From: Candidatus Woesearchaeota archaeon
GTDB lineage: Archaea; Nanobdellota; Nanobdellia; Woesearchaeales; ARS49
Length of the DNA: 50,708 bases
Reading direction: 5' to 3'
Assembly (NCBI GenBank): GCA_016203305.1
Contig: JACQMY010000039.1
Span: 1 to 50,708, forward strand
Of this stretch, positions 18,410 through 27,752 are shown piece after piece. Below the pieces are notes generated by a model that saw only the letters and a list, made by a program, of their open reading frames with translations, searched no databases and was not told where the DNA came from. Within the stretch, counting starts at the first letter, position 1, and each line of letters begins with the position of its first letter. A program made the position numbers and the translations under genes.

Positions 18410-20596
18410 ATGTGGGTTGAAAGAAAAGGTACCAGTTTTACCATTTACAACGCACCCTGTCTTGGAAACCTGACCTTCATCTACCGTCCCTACCGGGGAG
18501 AAAGAGGGGTTGTTTTGAGTAGACTCCTAAATGCCCAAGGCGGAAGACTACAGAGCCTTGCTGAAGCCATCGTTGTAAGAGCAGCCATTGCCAACGATCG
18601 ACGCGCTCGCCAACAGAGCTTTCAAGACCCTGATTTAGAACGTATGATTTCTCTCGAACGGTCTGATGGACGCCCATATTCTGAAGTGCATTGGACTTAT
18701 AAGAATCCCAATACTAAAGCAAAAGAAAGACTCCTTCCCGCATATAAACAACAATTGGCCTTCTGGGAAAAAAGTGAAAACTACCAGCACACGCGCACCG
18801 TATCAATAAAATTCAAAGACGGTGACAACTATGTTCAAGCTTTCGCAGAACTCGGCACTGATAAAAAAAGTCAAGAACTTCTCAAAAGAATTGATGGCAC
18901 TTTACCTATATCACTTGATGATCCGCTTGTTGCCAAACTTGTTCAAACTGCACGAGAAAACAAAAGAATTACACTGCTCCGCAGATGTACTCGATCCAAA
19001 GAGGAGTTTGAATGGCATGACCGTGAAATCCTACTTCGGACAAACTGGTTGGAATATTCCATAGAACGAGAAAATGGCAGCTCTCAATATGGATCTAGCA
19101 GCACTGTGATTGCTGCAATTGGCAGCCAGGAAATTGCCGAACTCAATGCACAACACCTACGAGAAGCGCACAGAGAAGAGGAGCAAAAGAACCAAAAATT
19201 GTATCCTGACTGGAAATCAAGACTGCCAGCACCAGCAGGCATACTAGAATATACCATCGAAGGATTTGAAAACAGTTTGAACACCCATCAAAAAACAGCA
19301 GAATATTTTATTAGAGAACATAAAGGTGAATATCCAGAATATGAAAAAATGTCAAAACTTTTCAAAGGAGACCGACAAAAAATAGCACTCATCAACATTG
19401 TTGGTATTGGAGGCGGGAATTCCCCCAACCACTGCCTTTTCCAAACAGTTATTGACGCAACTGCCCGCGCTTATCCTGCTGGAGACGCAAGCCTCGTACT
19501 CACCACTGCGCATATCGCAAGCCTTCAGCAGACGACCGGCCACGCTGTGCACCCTGACAATACCCAGCATACCTCCCACTCCATTCAGGATGGTATTGAA
19601 AAAAGATTCAAGAACATTGAATTGAATGACTGCGCACCATCAAAGCCATCCCCGGAAGACTTTTCACGCATCAAAAAACGATTCAAAAATCTGAACTTAG
19701 AACCATACCGCCCAACCCCGCCTTCAAAAGACGATATTGATTACATTGTAGAACGAGCAAAAAAACTTGACTTAGAGCCATGCACTCCAAACCCGGCTCA
19801 AGAAGACACGCAACAGATCAAAAAACGATTTAGAAAACTTGAATTTGATGATGTTTCTCCTCTTGAAAAAATCACTCGACAACTCCAAACAAATTACCGC
19901 GCGCCAACCAATCCCGTCCAAGGATGGCGTGCAGAACGACAAGACTTAACAGAAAAAAATAAGCAAACCGTCTTGAACGAATTGAAAAAACTGTTGCCAA
20001 TCGCTGGAGAATATTACGCAGACCAGCAGCCTGCTTTCTTCACAAGCGACGAGGATGCATTTAATGGATTTCAAATGCGCTGGTGCGATAACAATTACAA
20101 ACCACACAACACTGAAGAAAAAGCATTAGCAAAAAAAGTTCACACTGCCCTGAACAAGCTAGGCCCCGAGCGCGACAGTGTAGATGATGTCGGTCGAGGT
20201 CCTCGAGAACAATACCGCTCTGGACATAGCAAGAAGGTGTTTGCTATTGACCAAAATGGAGATCTCGCAATTAGACACCATCATGTCTTTGAACATGGAA
20301 GCGCCACCTCTTGTTACCAATCTTATACGTATGTCGCTGCAGGATTTGATCTCGAAGAGACACATTTCAACCCTAAAGGAGAATTGATAACCGCAAAGGG
20401 ACCAGACGGTTTACGCATCTTGTGGTCCAAAATAGGGTGCAATCCAACATACAATCGCGTCCAACTCCTCGGACTAAAAAACAAAAAACTCCTCCCTCCT
20501 GCCAGACGACTTTTGCGCAGCGGAAACATCGTCTACGCACAACACTCGGATAGAGAAGTTGCTGCGTACCATTTGACTTTGCAAACACTACTTTAA
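18410..20596 (+). CDS. Large hypothetical protein with (K/E)RFKNL(E/D)L repeats; 5' part probably interrupted by stops
   Basis: 728-aa ORF; the same frame extends back to ATG 18044/18050 through TGA 18134 and TAA 18203. Confidence 0.7.
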   Translation: MWVERKGTSFTIYNAPCLGNLTFIYRPYRGERGVVLSRLLNAQGGRLQSLAEAIVVRAAIANDRRARQQSFQDPDLERMISLERSDGRPYSEVHWTYKNPNTKAKERLLPAYKQQLAFWEKSENYQHTRTVSIKFKDGDNYVQAFAELGTDKKSQELLKRIDGTLPISLDDPLVAKLVQTARENKRITLLRRCTRSKEEFEWHDREILLRTNWLEYSIERENGSSQYGSSSTVIAAIGSQEIAELNAQHLREAHREEEQKNQKLYPDWKSRLPAPAGILEYTIEGFENSLNTHQKTAEYFIREHKGEYPEYEKMSKLFKGDRQKIALINIVGIGGGNSPNHCLFQTVIDATARAYPAGDASLVLTTAHIASLQQTTGHAVHPDNTQHTSHSIQDGIEKRFKNIELNDCAPSKPSPEDFSRIKKRFKNLNLEPYRPTPPSKDDIDYIVERAKKLDLEPCTPNPAQEDTQQIKKRFRKLEFDDVSPLEKITRQLQTNYRAPTNPVQGWRAERQDLTEKNKQTVLNELKKLLPIAGEYYADQQPAFFTSDEDAFNGFQMRWCDNNYKPHNTEEKALAKKVHTALNKLGPERDSVDDVGRGPREQYRSGHSKKVFAIDQNGDLAIRHHHVFEHGSATSCYQSYTYVAAGFDLEETHFNPKGELITAKGPDGLRILWSKIGCNPTYNRVQLLGLKNKKLLPPARRLLRSGNIVYAQHSDREVAAYHLTLQTLL

Positions 20597-21100
20597 ATCT
20601 TTCGTTGTGTGTTCATTCACTTGTTCAAGCAAGTAATTGTACACGTCAATCGTAAAGAAATAGCCTTCATTACTTAGCTTCACAAGACCGTTTTTGAATT
20701 GTTCTCTGTTCAACAGTTTTTTCTTGAGAAGCATGAGCAAAATGCGTGTTGTTCGAATAGGTTCTATTCCCATAATCCTACAGCACTCGACTGCTTCTTT
20801 ATCATCAACAAGCATTTGGTGAATTTTCTCTTGCAAACAAAGTTGTAAAGCGCTTCTTTCGCCCTCGTGCAAGTTTTTGAAATCTTTTCCTCTTTTTGAA
20901 ACCACTCTTTGCTTGATAAAACCAGAACTCACGAACTGCTCAAGAACAACTACTTCTTTGAACCCCTCTTTTTTTCCAATGGTGATAACCTCTTCGTACA
21001 CCTCTGTTGGGATAATGATCTTTGTATACAGTTTTTGAACCAATTCAAGAACATTGAGCTTTGCGAGAAAAATCAAAGGCGATGAATCGCTTACAATCAT
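20588..21100 (-). CDS. PIN-domain toxin (DUF3368-like)
   Basis: IVSDSSPLI..IPTEVYEE..LHEGE..LVDD. Confidence 0.88.
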   Translation of the reverse strand: MIVSDSSPLIFLAKLNVLELVQKLYTKIIIPTEVYEEVITIGKKEGFKEVVVLEQFVSSGFIKQRVVSKRGKDFKNLHEGERSALQLCLQEKIHQMLVDDKEAVECCRIMGIEPIRTTRILLMLLKKKLLNREQFKNGLVKLSNEGYFFTIDVYNYLLEQVNEHTTKDLK

Positions 21101-21399
21101 CCAAACACCGCTTTCACTTCTTCTTGTGCCTCTTCACGCGTGTATTCCATACCTATTTTTCTCTTTTTAACCTCATCCAAAAACTTCCAAAGAGACAGAC
21201 CAGCCAGTTGAGCGGCCTTCCAAAGCGTGGCTTTTCCTTCCTTGTACTTCTGTATTGACATCTCCAGCTTTGCTTCTTTGAGCCCTTGTAAAATAAGTGC
21301 TCGAATGACCTCGGTCTTACCAGTATGTCTGGCTTTTGCCAATAGTTTGATGTCCTGCGCGGTTTCCTCTGGAATTCTTGCCGATATGAGTTCTGTCAT
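21097..21399 (-). CDS. UPF0175-family antitoxin
   Basis: RHH N-terminus; YKEGKATLWKAAQLAGLSLWKF. Confidence 0.88.
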   Translation of the reverse strand: MTELISARIPEETAQDIKLLAKARHTGKTEVIRALILQGLKEAKLEMSIQKYKEGKATLWKAAQLAGLSLWKFLDEVKKRKIGMEYTREEAQEEVKAVFG

Positions 21400-21506
21400 C
21401 GTATACAAATGATGTTAGATGTGCACATATAAAAATGTTGCGAATAATGAAACTGTAGCTTCCCCTTCCGCAATTTTTATTAACAAACACGCTTACCCTC
21501 AACTCC

Positions 21507-22046
21507 ATGAGCATCGCAACAAAAACAGGTGACAAAGGAGAGACGTCTTTGATTGGTGGGGAGCGCGTTCGTAAGAATGACGTTCGCATAGAAGCATACG
21601 GCACGGTTGACGAGCTGAATGCAGCCATTGGAGTTTCATTATGCTATGTGACGGACCAAAAAATACGGGAATCGCTAAGCCAAATACAACACCAACTGTT
21701 CACAATAGGAGCAGAATTAGCAGCATTAACATCAAAAAAGCTAACAATGACTTTGCCAAGAATAACCTCTGAACACACTGCCTATCTGGAAAAACTACTC
21801 TACCCGCTCGAACAAGAGCTACCAACACAAAAAGCATTCATACTCCCCCACGGAACAGAAGCAGGAGCGCATTTACACCTCGCACGCACAATATGCAGAA
21901 GAGCAGAACGCGCCCTCCTCGCCTGCCAACAACACACCCCTGATCCAGAAATCACAAAGTACCTCAACCGGCTAGGAGATTTACTATTCCTCTTCGCGCG
22001 TAAAGAAAACCACGGCAAAATGCCTGAAGAGGAAGTTAGGTATTAG
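21507..22046 (+). CDS. pduO: ATP:cob(I)alamin adenosyltransferase (PduO type)
   Basis: TKTGDKGET, RIEAYGTVDELN, ARTICRRAER, YLNRLGDLLF. Confidence 0.95.
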   Translation: MSIATKTGDKGETSLIGGERVRKNDVRIEAYGTVDELNAAIGVSLCYVTDQKIRESLSQIQHQLFTIGAELAALTSKKLTMTLPRITSEHTAYLEKLLYPLEQELPTQKAFILPHGTEAGAHLHLARTICRRAERALLACQQHTPDPEITKYLNRLGDLLFLFARKENHGKMPEEEVRY

Positions 22047-22115
22047 GCATTAGGAAGAAGGCTGTTGGCTATTGGTACTAATGGCTAAAAGCTAGCGATA
22101 GTAGGACGAAGGCAA
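22040..22115 (+). repeat. Degenerate 7-mer tract
   Basis: gtattag gcattag gaagaag gctgttg gctattg... Confidence 0.7.
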
Positions 22116-22153
22116 GCATAAAATTAATAAACGGTTTCTAAATAAGACAGCCA

Positions 22154-22300
22154 ATGCACGTTGACAAACAACTCACGCAACACCTCATAAGCCAACCAGG
22201 ATTCGACCCCTGCACTATATGCGGAATGCCCATGCTGGCAAACAAGTGCAAAATTCTTTGCATGCACTGCGGGTTTAAAAGAGACTGTTCGGATAGTTAA
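22154..22300 (+). CDS. 48-aa zinc-finger microprotein (HVO_2523-like)
   Basis: Below the ORF-track cutoff: MHVDKQLTQHLISQPGFDPCTICGMPMLANKCKILCMHCGFKRDCSDS. Confidence 0.75.
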   Translation: MHVDKQLTQHLISQPGFDPCTICGMPMLANKCKILCMHCGFKRDCSDS

Positions 22301-22377
22301 TGACTGTTTTTGATATTCGTTATTCGCCACCTAAAATCTTAAATACACAACACGCAATGAATAATCAGGGGTAAAAA

Positions 22378-23034
22378 ATGGGTGCATTAAACCAGCCAGA
22401 ACAAGTAGTGCTCACGTACGAAACACTCTACGAACACCTCCGCAAAGAAAAAACAAGAGAAGAACTGCAAAAAGTAGAGCCCAACTTCCACCAGGACGTT
22501 CTATACTATTTGAAAGACAAACAACAAGCATACGATGAAAGCTTGACCAAAAACGACATCTTCAGCCAAAGCGAGCGCGACAAACTCCACATCCAACTCG
22601 CAAACATCAAAAAAATACTAAGAGACCTCTACGACATAAGAGAAAGAAAAATAATCAACATGGCAGTCAACAGCAGCAGAATCAAAACACACATAATAGA
22701 CACTGCAAACCTCCTACCACCAGAACAAAGCCTCTTCCAAAGCATACATGCAGTATTAAGCCAACACCGAACAGGAATTGTTAACAGAATGCTTGAGCTA
22801 CGCGAACCTGAACTTCTGCCAGTCGTGCTACCCGTTCCTGAAATGAAAGCGCCAGAAACCTTTGTTGAGCCGGCGTTGCCAACCAAAAAACACGTCAAAT
22901 TCCTAGACAACATCGAACAATTCGTAGGCGAAGAACTCGAAATGTACGGGCCCTACGCAACAAACGACGAAGCAGAACTACCATGCGAACTTGCCGAGAT
23001 CCTCATTTCTCAAGGAAAAGCAGTGGAACTATGA
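22378..23034 (+). CDS. DNA replication complex GINS protein (Gins51-like)
   Basis: TYETLYEHLRKEK, LYDIRERKII, FVGEELEMYGP..AEILISQGKA; located upstream of rpl44e. Confidence 0.85.
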   Translation: MGALNQPEQVVLTYETLYEHLRKEKTREELQKVEPNFHQDVLYYLKDKQQAYDESLTKNDIFSQSERDKLHIQLANIKKILRDLYDIRERKIINMAVNSSRIKTHIIDTANLLPPEQSLFQSIHAVLSQHRTGIVNRMLELREPELLPVVLPVPEMKAPETFVEPALPTKKHVKFLDNIEQFVGEELEMYGPYATNDEAELPCELAEILISQGKAVEL

Positions 23035-23488
23035 ACCAAGGAGACAACGCGCCAGATTTCACATTAAAAGATGCAAATGAAAAAGACGTCTCTCTGTCTG
23101 ATTTCAAAGGCAAGAACGTCGTTCTATACTTTTACCCAAAAGACAACACACCAGGATGCACAATAGAAGCAATTGATTTCTCCGCGCTCAAGCAAGAATT
23201 CGCCAATAACGATACTGTTGTTCTAGGAATAAGCAAAGACACATGCAGCAGCCACCAAAAATTTATAGACAAACAAGGCCTAACAATAAACCTACTTTCA
23301 GATCCTGACGCCAGCGTACAAAAAAATATGACGTCTGGAAACCATTGAAATTCCTGGGTAGAGAATATCTGGGAACGCAACGAAGTACATTCTTAATAGA
23401 CAAAAAAGGAACAATTGCGCGCACCTGGCCAAAAGTCAGCCCAAAAGGACACGCAAAAGAAGTCCTGGAAGCGGTTAAATCGCTCTAA
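23031..23488 (+). CDS. bcp: Peroxiredoxin Bcp, frameshifted at the A7 run 23320-23326
   Basis: LYFYPKDNTPGCT; one extra A restores YDVWK..RSTFLID..VSPKGHAKEVL. Confidence 0.85.
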
Positions 23489-23535
23489 GCTGGCGAATAG
23501 CAAGCTTTTTAAACCCCCCTTCTCCCACGAGCAAT

Positions 23536-23853
23536 ATGAAGTTCCCAAAGACAAGAAATAAGTATTGTCCCTTTTGCAAAAAGCATACTGAGCACAAAGT
23601 ACTTGAGGGAAAGAAGAAAGGAAGAAATGACACTCACCCAATGAGCAGAGGAAGCAGACAACGCCTCAAACACAGAGGAAAACTCGGAATTGGAAACCAC
23701 GGAAAGTATTCCATGCCGCCAATCCTTAGCAGGCGAATGTTTGGAAGAAAAACAAGTAAGAAAACAGACTTCCGCTTCGAATGCAGCGGCTGCAAAAAAA
23801 TGCATGGCATGGCAAACGGCGGCTTCCGCGTGAGAAAAATAGAATTCAAGTGA
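23536..23853 (+). CDS. rpl44e: 50S ribosomal protein L44e
   Basis: YCPFCKKHTEH, KTSKK, ECSGCKK. Confidence 0.95.
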   Translation: MKFPKTRNKYCPFCKKHTEHKVLEGKKKGRNDTHPMSRGSRQRLKHRGKLGIGNHGKYSMPPILSRRMFGRKTSKKTDFRFECSGCKKMHGMANGGFRVRKIEFK

Positions 23854-23857
23854 CACT

Positions 23858-24046
23858 ATGAGAAACCGATCACAAGAAACCGAAACCAAGTTCATCAAAA
23901 TACAGTGCCCAAAATGCAAAAACGAACAGATAATGTTCGGCAAAGCAAGCAGCAAAGTAGCCTGCTTAATCTGCAACAAAGACCTAGCAGACCCGGTCGG
24001 CGGCAAAGCACGCGTCAAGGCACGAGTGCTTGAAGTACTTGATTAA
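23858..24046 (+). CDS. rps27e: 30S ribosomal protein S27e
   Basis: CPKCKNEQIMF..CLIC..GGKA. Confidence 0.96.
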   Translation: MRNRSQETETKFIKIQCPKCKNEQIMFGKASSKVACLICNKDLADPVGGKARVKARVLEVLD

Positions 24047-24052
24047 GCAGCC

Positions 24053-24616
24053 ATGCGAAGAGTCGTTCTGACCGGCACAGCATATTCTGGCAAATCAACT
24101 CTCCTAGAAGCATTAACAATGCAAGGCTATCGAACAGTACCCGAAGCTGAAACACAAATAGTAAAAGAACTTGTCGAACGGCTTGGCCCAACAGAGACCG
24201 GACTGTGGATTCGCAGAAACTATTTTAAATTCAAACAAAGAGTCGGAGAACGAGTAGCCGAACTTGAGTCAGACATCCATGCCAGCCAGGACGAAGTGGT
24301 TGTTTTCGACAGAAGCGCAATATGCTATATCGCATACTGCGCCCTACGAAGCTGCGAGGTCCCACCAGTTTTAGCAACGCTCGCGAACCGTAAAGAACCT
24401 GCACAAGTCTTCTTCTTAACAATGCTGCCATCATTCGACGAAAGATCCGCTACAGGACGCATAATGAAAAGAACTGAGGCTGAAAGATTATCAAAACTAA
24501 TCCAGCACGAGTACACAGAACGGGGCCATCATTTGACTTACGTGCCTGAATTTGATGCAGATCAACAAAAAAATATCCAAGCCAGACTAAAGCAAATCCT
24601 GGAACAAATACTATAA
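24053..24616 (+). CDS. AAA_28/NadR-type P-loop kinase/ATPase
   Basis: VVLTGTAYSGKST, VPE, VFDRS. Confidence 0.85.
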   Translation: MRRVVLTGTAYSGKSTLLEALTMQGYRTVPEAETQIVKELVERLGPTETGLWIRRNYFKFKQRVGERVAELESDIHASQDEVVVFDRSAICYIAYCALRSCEVPPVLATLANRKEPAQVFFLTMLPSFDERSATGRIMKRTEAERLSKLIQHEYTERGHHLTYVPEFDADQQKNIQARLKQILEQIL

Positions 24617-24678
24617 CCAGTTCGCAGCCTTAGTGAAAACGGCAACCTTTTTAAACAGTCATCATCCTCGAATAGCTC

Positions 24679-25455
24679 ATGCTCTTAAAGAAAACAGGGT
24701 TTCCAACAGACGAAGAATTAGTTCTTTGCACGGTAACAGGCATTACCCCACACTCAGTCTTCTGCACGCTTGATGAATACGGCGGCAGAACAGGAATGAT
24801 CCACATCTCTGAAATAGCGCCTGGAAGAATCAAAAACATCAGAGAATACGTACAAGAAGGCAAAAAAGTAGTGTGCAAAGTCCTCCAGACAAACAAGGAA
24901 AAAGGACACATCGACCTTTCATTGCGACGCGTCAACGAGATGCAAAAACGCAACAAGCTCAACCAAATAAAACAAGAACAACTCGCTGAAAAAATAATAG
25001 AATACTCAGCAAAACAACAAGGAGACAGTGTGCTCACTGTTTACAACAAGTTAGCAGAAAAACTAGTGCCAAAATACGGAACAATATTTGCAGCATTCGA
25101 ACAAGTAGCACACGACCAACTCGACCTCGAAACACTAGCAGACAAAAAAATCGCAAAAACTCTCACGGACGCCATAAAGCAACGAATAAAGCCGCCAATC
25201 GTAAAAATAGACGGAACAATGAAACTCACAAGCTACACTCCTGCAGGAATAGAAGACATCAAAGAAGCACTAAGCGAGGCAGTCAAAAAAGGAATCGATG
25301 TCCGCTACCTGGGAGCAGGAGCATACCACTTCGAGGTTCAAGCAGGAGACTACAAAGAAGCAGAAAAAAAGCTCAAAGAAGCAGTTGACGCAGTCGTGGA
25401 ACTAGCAGAAAAACACGACGTGCAAGCAGAATGGGCAAGAACAGAGACAGCATAA
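24679..25455 (+). CDS. eif2a: Translation initiation factor 2 alpha
   Basis: S1 domain HISEI, KGHIDLSLRRV, YLGAGAY. Confidence 0.95.
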   Translation: MLLKKTGFPTDEELVLCTVTGITPHSVFCTLDEYGGRTGMIHISEIAPGRIKNIREYVQEGKKVVCKVLQTNKEKGHIDLSLRRVNEMQKRNKLNQIKQEQLAEKIIEYSAKQQGDSVLTVYNKLAEKLVPKYGTIFAAFEQVAHDQLDLETLADKKIAKTLTDAIKQRIKPPIVKIDGTMKLTSYTPAGIEDIKEALSEAVKKGIDVRYLGAGAYHFEVQAGDYKEAEKKLKEAVDAVVELAEKHDVQAEWARTETA

Positions 25456-25625
25456 TGGAACACATATTCAAATGCCAAAAATGCGGAACGTACACAATGA
25501 AAGAAACATGCAAGTGCGGCAGCCAAGCAATCACGACCAGACCAGTCAGGTACGCGCACGATAATATAGGAAAATACCGAAGAGAAGCAAGAAGAGAAGA
25601 ACTCAAAAATAAAGGACTTCTATGA
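25455..25625 (+). CDS. nop10: Nop10
   Basis: CQKCGTYTMKETC.CG..GKYRR; follows aIF2a. Confidence 0.9.
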   Translation: MEHIFKCQKCGTYTMKETCKCGSQAITTRPVRYAHDNIGKYRREARREELKNKGLL

Positions 25626-26347
25626 ACTGGACAGTAAAGTACACAAAAAAACCAAGACTCACCAAGCCAGTCCTTATCGAAGGACTCCCAGGAATAGGAA
25701 CAGTCGGCAAACTCGCAGCAGACTATCTGATCGACTCCCTAAAAGCAAAAAAATGCGGAGAACTAACAGGCCCGCTACCTGCAACAGCACTAATCACCGA
25801 ACAAGGCCTAATACAGCTACCAAAAATAGAACTCTACAACAAAGACAATATACTAATACTAACAGGAGACGTCCAACCAAACGAAGACCAACCATGCTAC
25901 ACATTTTGCGAAAAAATACTTGACATCGCCCAAGAACTAAATTGTGCTGAAATCATAACGCTCGGCGGCGTAGGGCTAAAAGAAGAACCAAAAGAACCAC
26001 AAGTTTACGTCACAGGAAACACTACAAACGCAATAAAAACCTACGAAAAACTAGCCAACAAAGACCTCTACGGAATAGTGGGCCCAGTACTTGGAGTAAC
26101 AGGCATACTGCCAGCGCTTGCAGAAAAAAGAAACCTCCCTGCAATAAGCCTCCTTGCAGAAACCAGCGCCCACCCACTCCACCTTGGATTCAGAGCAGCA
26201 CGCAACATACTAAAAGTCATTGAGAAACGAACAAAAACAAACTTAAACCTAAAACTCCTAGACAAAGACATACAAGAGATAGAAAAAGAAGACATGCCAA
26301 GATTCTCAAAATTCCGCAAAAAAGGAGACGTTAACTATATTGGCTAA
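25622..26347 (+). CDS. PAC2-family proteasome assembly chaperone
   Basis: LIEGLPGIG.VGK, GDVQP, IITLGG, C-terminal YIG. Confidence 0.9.
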   Translation: MNWTVKYTKKPRLTKPVLIEGLPGIGTVGKLAADYLIDSLKAKKCGELTGPLPATALITEQGLIQLPKIELYNKDNILILTGDVQPNEDQPCYTFCEKILDIAQELNCAEIITLGGVGLKEEPKEPQVYVTGNTTNAIKTYEKLANKDLYGIVGPVLGVTGILPALAEKRNLPAISLLAETSAHPLHLGFRAARNILKVIEKRTKTNLNLKLLDKDIQEIEKEDMPRFSKFRKKGDVNYIG

Positions 26348-26390
26348 GGTTTAAATACACTTGTTCTTTATAAACCTCAAAAAGAGGAAA

Positions 26391-27650
26391 ATGTCAAAGA
26401 TATTAGAAATCAAAGCACGAGAAGTTCTAGACAGCAGAGGAAACCCAACAGTAGAGTGCGAAATACGAACAGCGGCAGGAATAAGCAGAGCAAGCGTGCC
26501 ATCAGGAGCAAGCACAGGAAGCCATGAAGCAATCGAGTTAAGAGATGGAGGAGAACGCTACAACGGACTCGGAGTTCAAACAGCAATAAAACACATAAAC
26601 GCGCTATCAAAAAAACTCAAAGATCACGACACGCTTAATCTAGGAAGACTTGATCACACTCTAATAAAACTCGACGGAACACCAAACAAGCAAAAACTAG
26701 GCGCGAACGCCATACTAGCAATCAGCATGGCAGCAGCCAAAGCAGGAGCGCTCGCGCAAGGAATACCGCTATACCAACACCTGGCAAACCTAGACCACAA
26801 CAAAAAGCTCACACTACCAATTCCCGCATTCAACATCATAAATGGAGGCAAACACGCAGGAAACAGAATCGATTTCCAAGAATACATGATACTTCCAACC
26901 GGTGCCAAAAGCTTTGCAGAAGCCCTCCAAATAGGAAGTGAAACGTACCACTCACTAAAAGAACAACTCATAAAAAAATATGGCAAACACTCAGTCAATG
27001 TAGGAGACGAAGGCGGCTTCGCACCCCAAATGAACTGCATCGAAGAACCGTTAGAGGAAATCATGAACGTGCTAATATCACTCGGATACCAAAATAAAGT
27101 CAGACTCGCAATTGACGCTGCCGCGAGCACTTTCTGGAAACACAACCACTACTCTCTCGAAGGAAAAGAACTAACACCAGACCAACTATTAGAACGATAC
27201 GAACAACTGGCCAGCACCTACCCACTAGTCAGCATAGAAGACCCATTCATGGAAGAGGACTTCGAACACTTTGCAGAACTCAAAAGAAAGCTCCCAATCC
27301 AGATCGTAGGAGACGACCTACTTTGCACAAACCCTACACGAGTCAAAAAAGCAATCGATTGGCGAGCATGCAACTGCCTATTGTTAAAAATAAACCAAAT
27401 CGGCACCATAACAGAAGCGCTAAATGCAGCCAGCCTTGCAAAACACCACCATTGGAATATAATGGCATCGCATAGAAGCGGAGAAACAGAAGACTCATTC
27501 ATAGCAGATCTCGCAGTCGGCATCAACGCAGGCCAAATCAAAGCAGGAGCGCCATGCAGAGGAGAAAGACTGGCGAAATACAACCAACTGCTCAGAATAG
27601 AAGAAGAAAGCAAAGCAAAATACGCAGGGAAAGAGATTAGTTTTTCGTAG
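26391..27650 (+). CDS. eno: Enolase
   Basis: DSRGNPTVE, PSGASTG, GDEGGFAP, SHRSGETED. Confidence 0.98.
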   Translation: MSKILEIKAREVLDSRGNPTVECEIRTAAGISRASVPSGASTGSHEAIELRDGGERYNGLGVQTAIKHINALSKKLKDHDTLNLGRLDHTLIKLDGTPNKQKLGANAILAISMAAAKAGALAQGIPLYQHLANLDHNKKLTLPIPAFNIINGGKHAGNRIDFQEYMILPTGAKSFAEALQIGSETYHSLKEQLIKKYGKHSVNVGDEGGFAPQMNCIEEPLEEIMNVLISLGYQNKVRLAIDAAASTFWKHNHYSLEGKELTPDQLLERYEQLASTYPLVSIEDPFMEEDFEHFAELKRKLPIQIVGDDLLCTNPTRVKKAIDWRACNCLLLKINQIGTITEALNAASLAKHHHWNIMASHRSGETEDSFIADLAVGINAGQIKAGAPCRGERLAKYNQLLRIEEESKAKYAGKEISFS

Positions 27651-27664
27651 TTCTCCATTCAAGA

Positions 27665-27751
27665 GCAGAGCGTCGGGTTATAGGGCGCAGGATGAAAACA
27701 GAAGGTACTAGGGCGAAGATAGACGTTCTTCATCCTTCCACCGTGTACCTT
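27665..27751 (+). repeat. Degenerate 7-mer tract with the same hairpin core as 2407-2447
   Basis: gttatag ggcgcag gatgaaa acagaag gtactag ggcgaag atagacgttcttcatccttccacc. Confidence 0.8.
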
Positions 27752-27752
27752 C

